DNA of 64,000 nt from contig AP024674.1 of NCBI GenBank assembly GCA_025998755.1, forward strand, positions 956,004 through 1,020,003. The letters run 5' to 3'. Origin of the DNA: Armatimonadota bacterium. GTDB lineage: Bacteria; Armatimonadota; UBA5829; DSUL01. This document shows positions 11,334 through 20,865 of the stretch, piece by piece. The position numbers were made by a program, and so were the translations under genes. The notes beneath the pieces were generated by a model. That model was not told the origin of the DNA. It saw nothing but the letters and a program-made list of their open reading frames with translations, and ran no database searches. Numbering within the stretch: position 1 is the first letter of the stretch; each line of letters opens with the position of its first letter.

Positions 11334-12392
11334 ATGGAACTCGATCCCATCATGGACCTGGCGCTCGCTGAGCGCGCTTCCGACATCTTCCTCAAGGCCG
11401 ACGCCCCGCCTGCTCTGCGCGTGGACGGGAAAGTGCGCCAGACCCAGCTGCCCGTGCTGTCCGCCGAAGACGTCCGGGATACGGCCTACAACGTAATGAC
11501 CCCCGAGCAGATCGGGAAATTCGAGCGCCACAACGAGATGGACCTCGCCTTCACCTACAAGGATAAGTGCCGTTTCCGCGTCAACATCTACCGCCAGCGT
11601 GGCACGGTCGGCATGGTGATGCGCCTGATCCCTCTCCGCATCTACTCCCTGGATGAGTTGAAGATGCCCCCTGTCGTGGCAGAGATGACGAAGCTGCACC
11701 AGGGACTCATCCTGGTCACCGGCCCCACGGGCTCAGGAAAATCCACCACCCTCGCGGCGATGATTGACCTGATCAATCAGACCCGCTCGGCCAATATTGT
11801 TACCATCGAGGACCCGATTGAGTTCGTGCATCCCGACAAGAAATCTATTGTCAGCCAGCGGGAGATCAGCATTGATACGTCCTCGTTCACTGAGGCGCTT
11901 AAGTATGTGGTGCGGCAGAGTCCGGACGTCATCTTGATCGGCGAGATGCGGGACGTGGAAACCATGAACGTGGCGCTGGCCGCAGCGGAGACCGGTCACC
12001 TGGTCTTCTCCACTGTGCACACTACGAGCGCTGCGGACACCATGGAGCGCATTATCAACATGTTCCCGCCTCATCAGAAGCAGCAGATCTGCCTGCGATT
12101 GTCCACGTCGCTGATGGGTATAATCTCTCAGAAGCTCATACCGCTGAAGGATATGAGAGGGCGGATCGCTGCGGTCGAGATCCTGACCGCGACTCCCACA
12201 ACGGTGAAGCTGATCGAGGAAGGACGCTCCAGTCAGCTTTACTCCGCCATCAGCGAAGGCGCGTTCTTCGGGATGCAAACGATGAACCAGTGCCTTGACC
12301 GTTATGTCAAGCAGGGTCTCATCTCCGAAGAGGATGCACTCGCCAATGCCGGCAACCTGACCGAACTCAAGCAGATGCTGAGACGAAGCTGA
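11334..12392 (+). CDS. pilT: Type IV pilus retraction ATPase, PilT family
   Basis: Walker A GPTGSGKSTT, Asp box and Walker B (VILIGEMRD), His box STVHT. The ATG at 11334 is preferred over the ORF-track start at 11271 (RBS AGGAAAGG upstream). Confidence 0.88.
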   Translation: MELDPIMDLALAERASDIFLKADAPPALRVDGKVRQTQLPVLSAEDVRDTAYNVMTPEQIGKFERHNEMDLAFTYKDKCRFRVNIYRQRGTVGMVMRLIPLRIYSLDELKMPPVVAEMTKLHQGLILVTGPTGSGKSTTLAAMIDLINQTRSANIVTIEDPIEFVHPDKKSIVSQREISIDTSSFTEALKYVVRQSPDVILIGEMRDVETMNVALAAAETGHLVFSTVHTTSAADTMERIINMFPPHQKQQICLRLSTSLMGIISQKLIPLKDMRGRIAAVEILTATPTTVKLIEEGRSSQLYSAISEGAFFGMQTMNQCLDRYVKQGLISEEDALANAGNLTELKQMLRRS

Positions 12393-12529
12393 TACGCAAC
12401 CGGAGGGCCGCCCGCTTGCGGGGTGGCCGCCGGACAGGATCCGGTGACGGGGAATTTTGGATGTCGAATGTCGGTTCCCTCTTCATCCGGGTCCGCACGG
12501 GCCAAAATCTTTGAGGAGGTTCTGCTGCA

Positions 12530-12898
12530 ATGGATGCCGATCTGACCATTGAACGCACCGAAGCTAACGGCTGTCCCATCCTGCAGATGGCAGGAGAAGT
12601 GGACGCATACACCTGCGAACAGTTCCGTGAGGCGGTGTTGAAATCGCTTGATGGCAACGTGGATAATCTCATCCTCGTGATGCACGATGTGGATTACATT
12701 GACAGCACCGGGCTGGGCGCTCTCGTAGCGGGACTCAAGAGAGCCGCCGATCGCAACGCCCGGATTACCCTTGTGTGTTCCAACCCTCGCGTCCGGAGGG
12801 TGTTTGAAATCACGGGGCTGGAGAAGGTCTTTCCGATGTACCGCAGCGTGCAGGATGCGCTGGCATCCGTGGATAAGAGACTGGCAGCGGCGGTATAG
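12530..12898 (+). CDS. STAS-domain anti-sigma-factor antagonist (SpoIIAA/RsbV-like)
   Basis: 122 aa with the phosphorylatable-serine block YIDSTGLGALV. RBS GAGGAGG upstream. Confidence 0.85.
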   Translation: MDADLTIERTEANGCPILQMAGEVDAYTCEQFREAVLKSLDGNVDNLILVMHDVDYIDSTGLGALVAGLKRAADRNARITLVCSNPRVRRVFEITGLEKVFPMYRSVQDALASVDKRLAAAV

Positions 12899-12974
12899 AA
12901 CATTGAGCGATTCCAAAACCACCAGCCCCAAAACCAGCTTGAAGCCCGGCGCATTCCTTGAGGATGAGCCGGGC

Positions 12975-14225
12975 ATGCAAGACGAAGTCCGCCGGCTGGA
13001 AGCCGCGGACGATGGTCTTTTTACCCAACTCCGGGAGGCGATGAGCAAGATTGACGTGGCCTACGTGGCCACGTACCCTCCTCGGGAGTGCGGGATCGCC
13101 ACATTCACCAAGGATCTCTCGACGGCGATAGACAAGTTTCTGCCTTTTTCGCGGAAGATCATCGTGGCGATGAGCCGGGGCGATGAGATCGAGCAGTATC
13201 CCCGGGAGGTCCGTTTCCAGATTTTCGACCGGAGCCGCGACAGCCACCGGGCCGGTGCGGATTTCATCAACGAGTCTTCGGCTCACATCGTCAGTCTTCA
13301 GCACGAGTATGGCATTTTCGGCGGGCCGGACGGCGAGTGGGTGCTGGACTTTGCGGAGCGGCTGCGCAAACCCTTCGTGGTCACTTGCCACACGGTGCTA
13401 TTCCACCCTAGTCCCAACCAGAAGCGTATCATCCAGGAGCTGGCCGCCCTTGGAGGGCGTTTCGTGGTAATGGTGGAGCTCGGGCGGGAGATCCTCCAGG
13501 ACGTCTACGGCGTCCGGCCTGAGATGATCTCCCTCATTCCTCACGGAGTGCCCAACGTCCATCGCATCCCCGCCGAGATTGTCAAGCGCGATCTGGGGAT
13601 TGCGGGCCATGAGGTCGTCTCGACGTTCGGCCTCATCAATCGCGGAAAAGGCATCGAGTATGCCATCCAGGCGATCGCCGAGGTCCGGAAGCATTTTCCG
13701 AACGTACGCTACCTGGTGCTGGGCGAAACCCATCCCGGAGTCCGGAACTTCGAGGGAGAGTCTTACCGGCAGATGCTGCTGGCTCTGCTGGACGAGTTGG
13801 ACCTCCACGACCACGTGAAATTTAACAACCGCTTTCTATCCTTGCGCGAGCTGGTCCGTTATCTGTCGGCCACTGATGTATACGTCACGCCCTACATCAA
13901 CCGGGATCAGATCGTCTCGGGAACTCTGGCTTATGCACTGGGATGCGGGCGTGCCATCGTCTCTACCCGCTATCTGTATGCCGAAGAGGTCCTGGCGGAC
14001 GGGCGGGGTGTGCTCGTGGACTTCCGGAATCCGGACGAACTTGCAAAGGCCATTATCAGGATTTTGGGAGATTCGGAGTTCAAGGAATCGCTTGAGCGAG
14101 CGGCGTACAAGTACGGGCGGCGTGCAGCGTGGTTCAACGTGGCCGTGGATTACATTTCGCTCTTCCGCGAAGTTCTGGCACAACATTCCGCAGTTGAAGC
14201 CGCGGGCAGTGGTGCGGCGGTCTAG
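12975..14225 (+). CDS. Glycosyltransferase family 4 (GT-B, group 1)
   Basis: N-terminal VAYVATYPPRECGIATFT and C-terminal GTLAYALGCGRAIVSTRYLYAEEVL blocks. The ORF-track start at 12771 overlaps the STAS gene, so the ATG at 12975 (or 13041) is preferred. Confidence 0.85.
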   Translation: MQDEVRRLEAADDGLFTQLREAMSKIDVAYVATYPPRECGIATFTKDLSTAIDKFLPFSRKIIVAMSRGDEIEQYPREVRFQIFDRSRDSHRAGADFINESSAHIVSLQHEYGIFGGPDGEWVLDFAERLRKPFVVTCHTVLFHPSPNQKRIIQELAALGGRFVVMVELGREILQDVYGVRPEMISLIPHGVPNVHRIPAEIVKRDLGIAGHEVVSTFGLINRGKGIEYAIQAIAEVRKHFPNVRYLVLGETHPGVRNFEGESYRQMLLALLDELDLHDHVKFNNRFLSLRELVRYLSATDVYVTPYINRDQIVSGTLAYALGCGRAIVSTRYLYAEEVLADGRGVLVDFRNPDELAKAIIRILGDSEFKESLERAAYKYGRRAAWFNVAVDYISLFREVLAQHSAVEAAGSGAAV

Positions 14226-14328
14226 ACGTCACGTTTGTGCGTCACTGCGCCTGGTGGTGCCCGGAGAGGCCCGCATTGCGTCGCAGGTAAGGCACCGTAC
14301 CACGTAGCCAGGAGGAGGATGATTGCAT

Positions 14329-15435
14329 ATGGGCAAGCAGGATGCGGCGGCTGCCACGGCAGGACGCCTGATTGAAGGCAGCTATCCCGAAATTCGTCTG
14401 GACCATCTTGAGACACTAACCGATACAACCGGCGTCATTCAGCACGCCATTTTCTCCATTCCGAACCGCAGGACCGGTTACACGACGGACGACAACTCCA
14501 GGGCGCTGATCGCGGCGGTGCGGCATTATCATCTGAGCCGCTCGCGCAGGGCGCTGCGGCTTGTCAGCAACTACCTCAGCTTTCTGCATTACGCCCAGCT
14601 GCCCAATGGCAAGTTTCACAACTTCATGTCCTTCGACCAGACCTGGCTGGACGGCGAGGGATCCGAAGACTGTCAGGGGCGGGTGATCTGGGCTCTGGCT
14701 CAGTGCCTTGACGCCAATATCCACGATAACGTCAAGGAGGTCGCTCGTAACCTTCTCCATCAGGCCCTGTGGATTCCCGGGACGGTGATGTTCCCCCGGG
14801 GCAAGGCTTACAGCGCCGTCGGCCTGAGCCTGGCGCTGAAGGCCGACGGCGAGGAGGCCTACGCGCACGTGCTGCAGAAGGTAGCCGATTCGCTGGTCCG
14901 GGACTTCCAGCAGCACGCGTCACCGGGCTGGGAGTGGTTCGAACCGGTCCTCACGTACTCGAACGCCCTGCTCCCGAGAGCGCTTTTCCTCGCTTACGAG
15001 GCCCTTGGCGAAAGCCGGTATCTGGAGGTGGCCGCGGAAGCTTGGGAATTCCTCGAGAAGCAGTGCATCATCGACGGCGTGCTGCAGATCATCGGCTGCA
15101 ACGGATGGTACTGGAAAGGCCAGGAAAGGGCCTGGTTTGACCAGCAACCAGTCGATGCTATGATGATGGTGCTCGCCGCCCTGGACGCATACCGCGTGAC
15201 CTCCGAAGATCGCTACCTTGAGGCGGCGAAGATCTCATTCGACTGGTTCTTCGGACGCAACGCCCTGAATGTGCCGCTACACGATCCAGTCACCGGGGGC
15301 TGTTTTGACGGGCTTATGCCCTCTGGCCGTAATGCCAATCAGGGGTCGGAATCCACGGTCTCCTGCCTGATCGCGCAGATCGAGATGGTGCCGTTCCTGA
15401 AAGACGGTATGTCCCTTCTGGAGGAGCGTCCGTGA
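14329..15435 (+). CDS. Conserved hypothetical protein, possibly six-hairpin (alpha/alpha)6 glycosidase-like
   Basis: 368-aa ORF with good coding periodicity. AGGAGGAGGA lies 10 nt upstream of the ATG at 14329. The function guess rests only on helical-repeat character and the GT4 neighbour. Confidence 0.55.
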   Translation: MGKQDAAAATAGRLIEGSYPEIRLDHLETLTDTTGVIQHAIFSIPNRRTGYTTDDNSRALIAAVRHYHLSRSRRALRLVSNYLSFLHYAQLPNGKFHNFMSFDQTWLDGEGSEDCQGRVIWALAQCLDANIHDNVKEVARNLLHQALWIPGTVMFPRGKAYSAVGLSLALKADGEEAYAHVLQKVADSLVRDFQQHASPGWEWFEPVLTYSNALLPRALFLAYEALGESRYLEVAAEAWEFLEKQCIIDGVLQIIGCNGWYWKGQERAWFDQQPVDAMMMVLAALDAYRVTSEDRYLEAAKISFDWFFGRNALNVPLHDPVTGGCFDGLMPSGRNANQGSESTVSCLIAQIEMVPFLKDGMSLLEERP

Positions 15436-16316
15436 GCCTGCTGACGGAGCTGCTGCGCAGCAGACAATGGGTGCTATCTGACGGTGCTATCGGCACAATG
15501 CTGCAGGCCCGCGGACTGCCGGTGGGTGCGAGTCCAGAGCTGTGGAACCTCACGCACCCTGACGAGGTGCGCGCCGTCCACGAGGCCTATGTGAAAGCGG
15601 GCGCCCAGCTTATCACTACGAACACGTTCGGCGGGTCGCGCAGGAAGCTTCGAAAGTTTGACGCAGAGGACCGTTTCCAGGAGGCCAACACCTCTGCTGT
15701 GCGTCTCGCGAGGGAGGCGGCTGGCGACTCCGCCCTGGTGATGGGATCGATCGGGCCGCTGGGAGACCTACTGGAACCTTATGGTGACCTGACGGTGCGG
15801 GAGGCAGCGGATGAATACGGAGCGTTGGCCCAGGTGATTGCGGCAGCGGGCGCAGATGTCCTCCTGTTCGAGACTTTCTTTGACACGGCTGAGCTGGCTG
15901 TTGCTGTAAGGTCCGCGTCTGGAGTTGGTATTCCCGTGGTGGCTACCATGACCTTCGATGAGGCGGGGCGCACCATGATGGGCAGCACTCCCAACGACGC
16001 CTGGCAAGCCGTCTCCGACCTCGGTCTTGTGGCGTTTGGCGCGAACTGCAGCACGGGGCCGGATCGGATGGTTCGGGTGATTTCGGAGATGAATCTCGCG
16101 GGAGCGCCGGCGCTCATCGCCCAGCCCAACGCCGGAATGCCGGAGATGACGGCTGAAGGACATCTGAGGTATCTTGAAGGTCCGGAGTCTTTTGCGGAGC
16201 ACGTCCCGGATCTGCTTCAAGCCGGATGCAAGATCTTCGGCGGATGTTGCGGTACGACGCCGGAGCATATCCGGGCTCTGCGCAGAAACCTTGAGGCGGC
16301 TCGCCCGCTTGATTGA
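15432..16316 (+). CDS. Homocysteine S-methyltransferase-domain protein
   Basis: Pfam S-methyl_trans-type layout with zinc-ligand cysteines in FGANCSTGP and FGGCCGTTPEHI. GTG start overlaps the upstream stop (GTGA). Confidence 0.85.
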   Translation: MSLLTELLRSRQWVLSDGAIGTMLQARGLPVGASPELWNLTHPDEVRAVHEAYVKAGAQLITTNTFGGSRRKLRKFDAEDRFQEANTSAVRLAREAAGDSALVMGSIGPLGDLLEPYGDLTVREAADEYGALAQVIAAAGADVLLFETFFDTAELAVAVRSASGVGIPVVATMTFDEAGRTMMGSTPNDAWQAVSDLGLVAFGANCSTGPDRMVRVISEMNLAGAPALIAQPNAGMPEMTAEGHLRYLEGPESFAEHVPDLLQAGCKIFGGCCGTTPEHIRALRRNLEAARPLD

Positions 16317-16325
16317 GGAAAGAGG

Positions 16326-17468
16326 ATGAGAGCAAGGTTTTTGACGGCCGCATTGCTTGCTGCAGTGTGCGCGGTCTCAACAGGATGCGCCCGCAAACCC
16401 CAGGAGCCCCTGGTCGGCGTGTATCTGGCTCTGACGGGCGATATGGCGGACTTTGGCATCACCACACGCCAGGGAATCGAGCTGGCGGCGGAGGAGATCA
16501 ACGCAGCTGGAGGAATCAATGGCCAGCGTCTCCGTCTTCTGGTGGAGGATGACCGCGGCAAACCGGAAGAGGCGCGGACTGTCGTCACCAAACTGGTGGA
16601 CCAGCAGGGGGTCGTTGCCGTACTTGGAGAGGTGGCCAGCAAGAACAGCCTCGCGGCAGCGCCCATCTGCCAGGCTCGGGGAATTCCCATGCTTTCCCCC
16701 TCTTCCACCAATGAAGAGGTTACTCGCAAAGGGGACTACATTTTCCGGGTGTGCTTCGTGGACTCGTTCCAGGGCTATGTGATGGCCCGCTTTGCGAGCG
16801 AGAACCTGAAAGCCAAGACGGCGGCTGTGCTCTGGGACAACGGCTCCGACTACAGCAAGGGCCTATCCTCTGTCTTTAAGTCCGACTTTCAGAAGATGGG
16901 GGGACGCATCGTTGCGGACGTGACCTACGCTGCAGGTGATGTGGATTTCAGCTCTCAGCTTACGCGCATCCGGGCCGCGCAGCCAGATGTCATATATGTT
17001 CCCGGCTACTACACCGAAGTGGCGCTCATCGGAAGGAAGGCCCGGGAGCTGGGCATCACGGTCCCCCTGCTCGGAGGCGATGGGTGGGACTCCGAAAACC
17101 TTCTCAAACGTGCGGGCGAGGCGCTCGACGGGTGTTACTTCAGCAGCCACTATTCGTCTGATACAGGTAGTCCGGTGGTCGAGCGGTTTGTCAGGAGCTT
17201 CCAGGACAGATATAGCACGATGCCGAATGCGCTTGCGGCCCTGGGATACGATGCCACATGGATCCTTGCGGAGGCCATGAAGCGTGCAGGGTCCCTGGAA
17301 CCGCGTAAGATCCGCGACGCACTGGCGGCCACGCGTGACTATCCCGGCGTCACCGGGAAGATCACCATTAACGAGCAGCGCAACGCTGTCAAGCCTGCCG
17401 TGGTGCTGCAGGTGAAAAACGGCGCTTTCCGCTACGTGACCACCATCCAGCCGCCGAACCGGAAGTGA
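16326..17468 (+). CDS. Branched-chain amino acid-type ABC transporter substrate-binding lipoprotein
   Basis: Lipobox LLAAVCAVSTGC and type-1 periplasmic-binding fold blocks (GVVAVLGEVASKNSLAAAPI). Heads the livHMGF-like genes. Confidence 0.88.
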   Translation: MRARFLTAALLAAVCAVSTGCARKPQEPLVGVYLALTGDMADFGITTRQGIELAAEEINAAGGINGQRLRLLVEDDRGKPEEARTVVTKLVDQQGVVAVLGEVASKNSLAAAPICQARGIPMLSPSSTNEEVTRKGDYIFRVCFVDSFQGYVMARFASENLKAKTAAVLWDNGSDYSKGLSSVFKSDFQKMGGRIVADVTYAAGDVDFSSQLTRIRAAQPDVIYVPGYYTEVALIGRKARELGITVPLLGGDGWDSENLLKRAGEALDGCYFSSHYSSDTGSPVVERFVRSFQDRYSTMPNALAALGYDATWILAEAMKRAGSLEPRKIRDALAATRDYPGVTGKITINEQRNAVKPAVVLQVKNGAFRYVTTIQPPNRK

Positions 17469-17489
17469 CAGAGGGGGCATCTATCTGCC

Positions 17490-18401
17490 TTGCAGGAGTT
17501 TCTCCAGCAGCTGGTCAACGGATTGGTCTGGGGCAGCGCTTACGCGCTGATCGCCCTGGGCTACACCATGGTCTATGGAATCCTGCGGCTGATCAACTTC
17601 GCCCACGGCGATGTATACATGATGGGCGCTTACAGCGCCCTTTTTATTTCGGGATGGTTGACGGCCGCCGGCGCCCCTGTGGCCCAGAGTCCGTTGTGGG
17701 CCATGGTTGCGATGCTCGGCGCGATGGCAGCCGCAGGATTGCTGGGATTTCTCATCGAGAGGCTTGCATACCGGCCACTGCGCGCCGCTCCCCGCCTGAC
17801 GCTGCTGATAACGGCCATAGGTGTGTCGCTTTTCCTCCAGAATGTCGCGCAACTGGCGTTCGGTTCTGAGCCGCGCTCTTTTCCGGAACTCATTCCTTCA
17901 AGCACGATTCTCCAGGTGGGTTCAATCACGCTGAGCAACCAACAGGCGATCATCATTGCCGTTTCTGTTGTCCTGGCGCTCGCCCTTCAGGTCATTGTTC
18001 ATCGCACCTCGATCGGACGCGCAATGCGAGCCGTCAGCTATGACCGGGAGGCGGCGGCTCTGATGGGTATCTCCGTGAACCGGGTCATCTCCTTTACCTT
18101 CGTGCTGGGATCGGCGCTGGCTGCAGCGGCAGCCACGCTCATCGCTCTGAATAACCCCTTGGTGACCCCTACGATGGGCGTGCAGCCCGGCCTGAAAGCG
18201 TTCGTTGCCGCGGTGCTGGGCGGGATCGGCAACATCTACGGCGCCATGGCTGGCGGACTGGTGATGGGAGTCGCGGAGGTCATGATCGTCGGGTACGGCA
18301 GCTCAGGATATCGGGACGGCATTGTCTTTGCCATTCTGATCGTTGTGCTGTTGGTTCGCCCTACGGGCCTTTTTGGTTCGCCCGTAACGGAGAGGGCATA
18401 A
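17490..18401 (+). CDS. livH: Branched-chain amino acid ABC transporter permease
   Basis: LivH-type block LINFAHGDVYMMGAY, polytopic, 303 aa. Confidence 0.9.
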   Translation: MQEFLQQLVNGLVWGSAYALIALGYTMVYGILRLINFAHGDVYMMGAYSALFISGWLTAAGAPVAQSPLWAMVAMLGAMAAAGLLGFLIERLAYRPLRAAPRLTLLITAIGVSLFLQNVAQLAFGSEPRSFPELIPSSTILQVGSITLSNQQAIIIAVSVVLALALQVIVHRTSIGRAMRAVSYDREAAALMGISVNRVISFTFVLGSALAAAAATLIALNNPLVTPTMGVQPGLKAFVAAVLGGIGNIYGAMAGGLVMGVAEVMIVGYGSSGYRDGIVFAILIVVLLVRPTGLFGSPVTERA

Positions 18402-18405
18402 CTGG

Positions 18406-19404
18406 ATGGATCTGGCCCGCATCCTGCGCTTCGCCGCAGTCATCACGCTGCTTCTGGCGCTCCAGGCGCTCTTCGCAAGCGGTCTTGTGAACCCGTATTA
18501 TGTTCGGGTGCTCATCCTCTGCTGCTTCTCCGTAATGCTCGCCGTCAGCCTGAATATCATCATTGGCCACGCGGGGCAGTTCAGCATCGGGCACGCCGGG
18601 TTTTATGCCGTAGGGGCATATTCTGCAGGGGCGTTCACTGTATATGCCGGTCCCCCGATCGGCCAGGCCCTTGGGCTGGACAGGCTGCCGGTGTGGCTGG
18701 AAGGAACGGCCTTCCTCATGGGTGCCGTCTGTGTCGGAACAGTCTTCGCGGCACTCGCGGGACTGGCGGTGGGACTGCCGTCGCTGCGCCTACGCGGAGA
18801 TTACCTGGCGATTGCGACGCTGGGCTTTGGAGAGATGATCCGGGTGGTCATCCAGAACGTGGAGGCGGTGGGAGGACCGCGCGGCTTCAGCGGCATACCC
18901 ATCTATTCCAGCTTCTTCTGGGCCGCGCTCTTCGCCGTGACGACCGTCTGGATCGCCCGCAACCTGGCCCGTTCCCGCCACGGGCGCGCGCTTCTTGCCA
19001 TCCGGGAGGATGAGACGGCAGCCAGCGTGCTGGGCATCAATGTCACAAAGCACAAAGTGGCTGCGTTCGTTCTCAGCTCCGCGCTGGCAGGTTGCGCCGG
19101 GGCTCTGTACGCACACTATGAAGGTTATCTGGAGCCTCGCAGCTTCGATTTCATCCGCAGTATCGAGATCATCATCATGGTGGTCATCGGCGGTATGGGT
19201 AGCACGACTGGCGCCGTCATTGCGGCTGTAATTTTGACGCTCGTTCCGGAGCTGCTCCGGGGGCTGGCCGAATACCGGATGGTGATCTATTCCGCGCTGC
19301 TCATCCTTTTCATGCTGGTGCGGCCGCAGGGTCTCTTCGGAACGTGGGAGCTATCCTGGGAGACACTGCGCGCGCGATGGGAGAAGCGCCGTGAACGCCC
19401 TTGA
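18406..19404 (+). CDS. livM: Branched-chain amino acid ABC transporter permease
   Basis: LivM-type block IIGHAGQFSIGHAGFYAVGAY, polytopic, 332 aa. Confidence 0.9.
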   Translation: MDLARILRFAAVITLLLALQALFASGLVNPYYVRVLILCCFSVMLAVSLNIIIGHAGQFSIGHAGFYAVGAYSAGAFTVYAGPPIGQALGLDRLPVWLEGTAFLMGAVCVGTVFAALAGLAVGLPSLRLRGDYLAIATLGFGEMIRVVIQNVEAVGGPRGFSGIPIYSSFFWAALFAVTTVWIARNLARSRHGRALLAIREDETAASVLGINVTKHKVAAFVLSSALAGCAGALYAHYEGYLEPRSFDFIRSIEIIIMVVIGGMGSTTGAVIAAVILTLVPELLRGLAEYRMVIYSALLILFMLVRPQGLFGTWELSWETLRARWEKRRERP

Positions 19405-20158
19405 GACCCGCGGCTTGACCAAAAGGTTCGGCGGACTGGTTGCCGTGGACTCCCTGGACCTGGTCTTGCCAGAGGGCGGGCTTGTGGGGCTCATCGGACC
19501 CAACGGCGCCGGAAAGACTACGGTGTTCAACCTGATCAGCGGCCTGTATCCGCCGGACGCCGGCAGCATCCTGGTGCGGGATCATGACCTGGCCGGCCAT
19601 CCGCCGCACGAAGTGGCGCGGCACGGCATCGCCCGCACATTCCAGAACATCCGGCTGTTCGGCTCGCTGACCGCTCTGGACAATGTTCGGGTAGGAGCCC
19701 ACATGGTGTGCGGCGGAAGTTATCTGTCCGCAATCCTGGGAGGCCGCCAGTCCCGCGATCTGGACCGCCGGTCCCGGGAACAGGCGATGCAGATTCTCCG
19801 GGACGTTGGGATTGAGCAATATGCCAATGAGCTTGCATCCAACCTTCCTTACGGCGTGCAACGAAAGCTGGAGATTGCAAGGGCGCTGGCATCGTCCCCG
19901 TCCGTCCTGCTTCTGGATGAGCCGGCCTGCGGCATGAATCCCCAGGAGACGGCGGAGCTGATGGATCTTGTGGCGCGACTGCTGGAGGAATGGAAGCTGA
20001 GCATTCTGCTCATCGAGCACGATATGCGGTTTGTCATGGGCATCTGCCAGACCATCTATGTTCTGGACTACGGAAAGACCATAGCGTGCGGGCCACCCGA
20101 AGCCATCCGCAACGACCCGGCTGTCATCGAAGCCTACCTGGGGGATGCAGTCCACTGA
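19391..20158 (+). CDS. livG: Branched-chain amino acid ABC transporter ATP-binding protein
   Basis: Walker A GPNGAGKTT, signature LPYGVQRKLEIARAL, Walker B LLLDEPACG. Confidence 0.9.
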   Translation: MNALETRGLTKRFGGLVAVDSLDLVLPEGGLVGLIGPNGAGKTTVFNLISGLYPPDAGSILVRDHDLAGHPPHEVARHGIARTFQNIRLFGSLTALDNVRVGAHMVCGGSYLSAILGGRQSRDLDRRSREQAMQILRDVGIEQYANELASNLPYGVQRKLEIARALASSPSVLLLDEPACGMNPQETAELMDLVARLLEEWKLSILLIEHDMRFVMGICQTIYVLDYGKTIACGPPEAIRNDPAVIEAYLGDAVH

Positions 20159-20865
20159 TGCTGCTTCGGATCACTGATCTGCACGTCTATTATGGAGCCA
20201 TCCACGCCGTGCGAGGGGTCACGCTGGAGGTTGGGCCTTCGGAGATTGTCACCCTCATCGGATCGAACGGCGCGGGTAAGTCCACAATTTTGAGGACCAT
20301 CAGCGGCCTGCAGCGTCCCCGTGGCGGCAGCATTACTCTCAACGGCATGGAACTGACGCGCATGGAACCTGACGCCATTGTCCGCGCGGGCGTGTGTCAG
20401 GTTCCGGAAGGCAGGCATATCTTCGCCAATCTCACCGTCCGTGAGAACCTTGAGCTGGGAGGCTATACCCTCCCCCGGCCGTCCGATCGTCAAGAAGCGA
20501 TGGAACGCGTGCTGGAGCGCTTTCCTCGCCTTCGCGAACGTGTTAAGCAGTATGCAGGAACGCTTTCAGGGGGCGAGCAGCAGATGCTGGCAATCGGGAG
20601 GGCCCTGATGGCTCGGCCACAGGTGCTGCTCCTTGACGAGCCCTCTCTGGGTCTGGCTCCCCAACTGGTGCATGATATCTTCGCCATCATCCGCGAGATC
20701 AACCAGCAGGGAACGGCGGTGCTGCTGGTGGAGCAGAACGCCCATATGGCTCTCGGCATCGCTGGCCGGGGCTATGTGCTTGAAACCGGCAGGGTGGTGC
20801 TGGCGGATGCGGCGCAGAACCTGCTCAACAACCCCGAAGTCCGGCGGGCGTATCTGGGAGAGTGA
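20158..20865 (+). CDS. livF: Branched-chain amino acid ABC transporter ATP-binding protein
   Basis: Walker A GSNGAGKST, signature LSGGEQQMLAIGRAL, Walker B LLLDEPSLG. The ATG at 20158 overlaps the livG stop, so the track start at 19990 is rejected. Confidence 0.9.
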   Translation: MLLRITDLHVYYGAIHAVRGVTLEVGPSEIVTLIGSNGAGKSTILRTISGLQRPRGGSITLNGMELTRMEPDAIVRAGVCQVPEGRHIFANLTVRENLELGGYTLPRPSDRQEAMERVLERFPRLRERVKQYAGTLSGGEQQMLAIGRALMARPQVLLLDEPSLGLAPQLVHDIFAIIREINQQGTAVLLVEQNAHMALGIAGRGYVLETGRVVLADAAQNLLNNPEVRRAYLGE

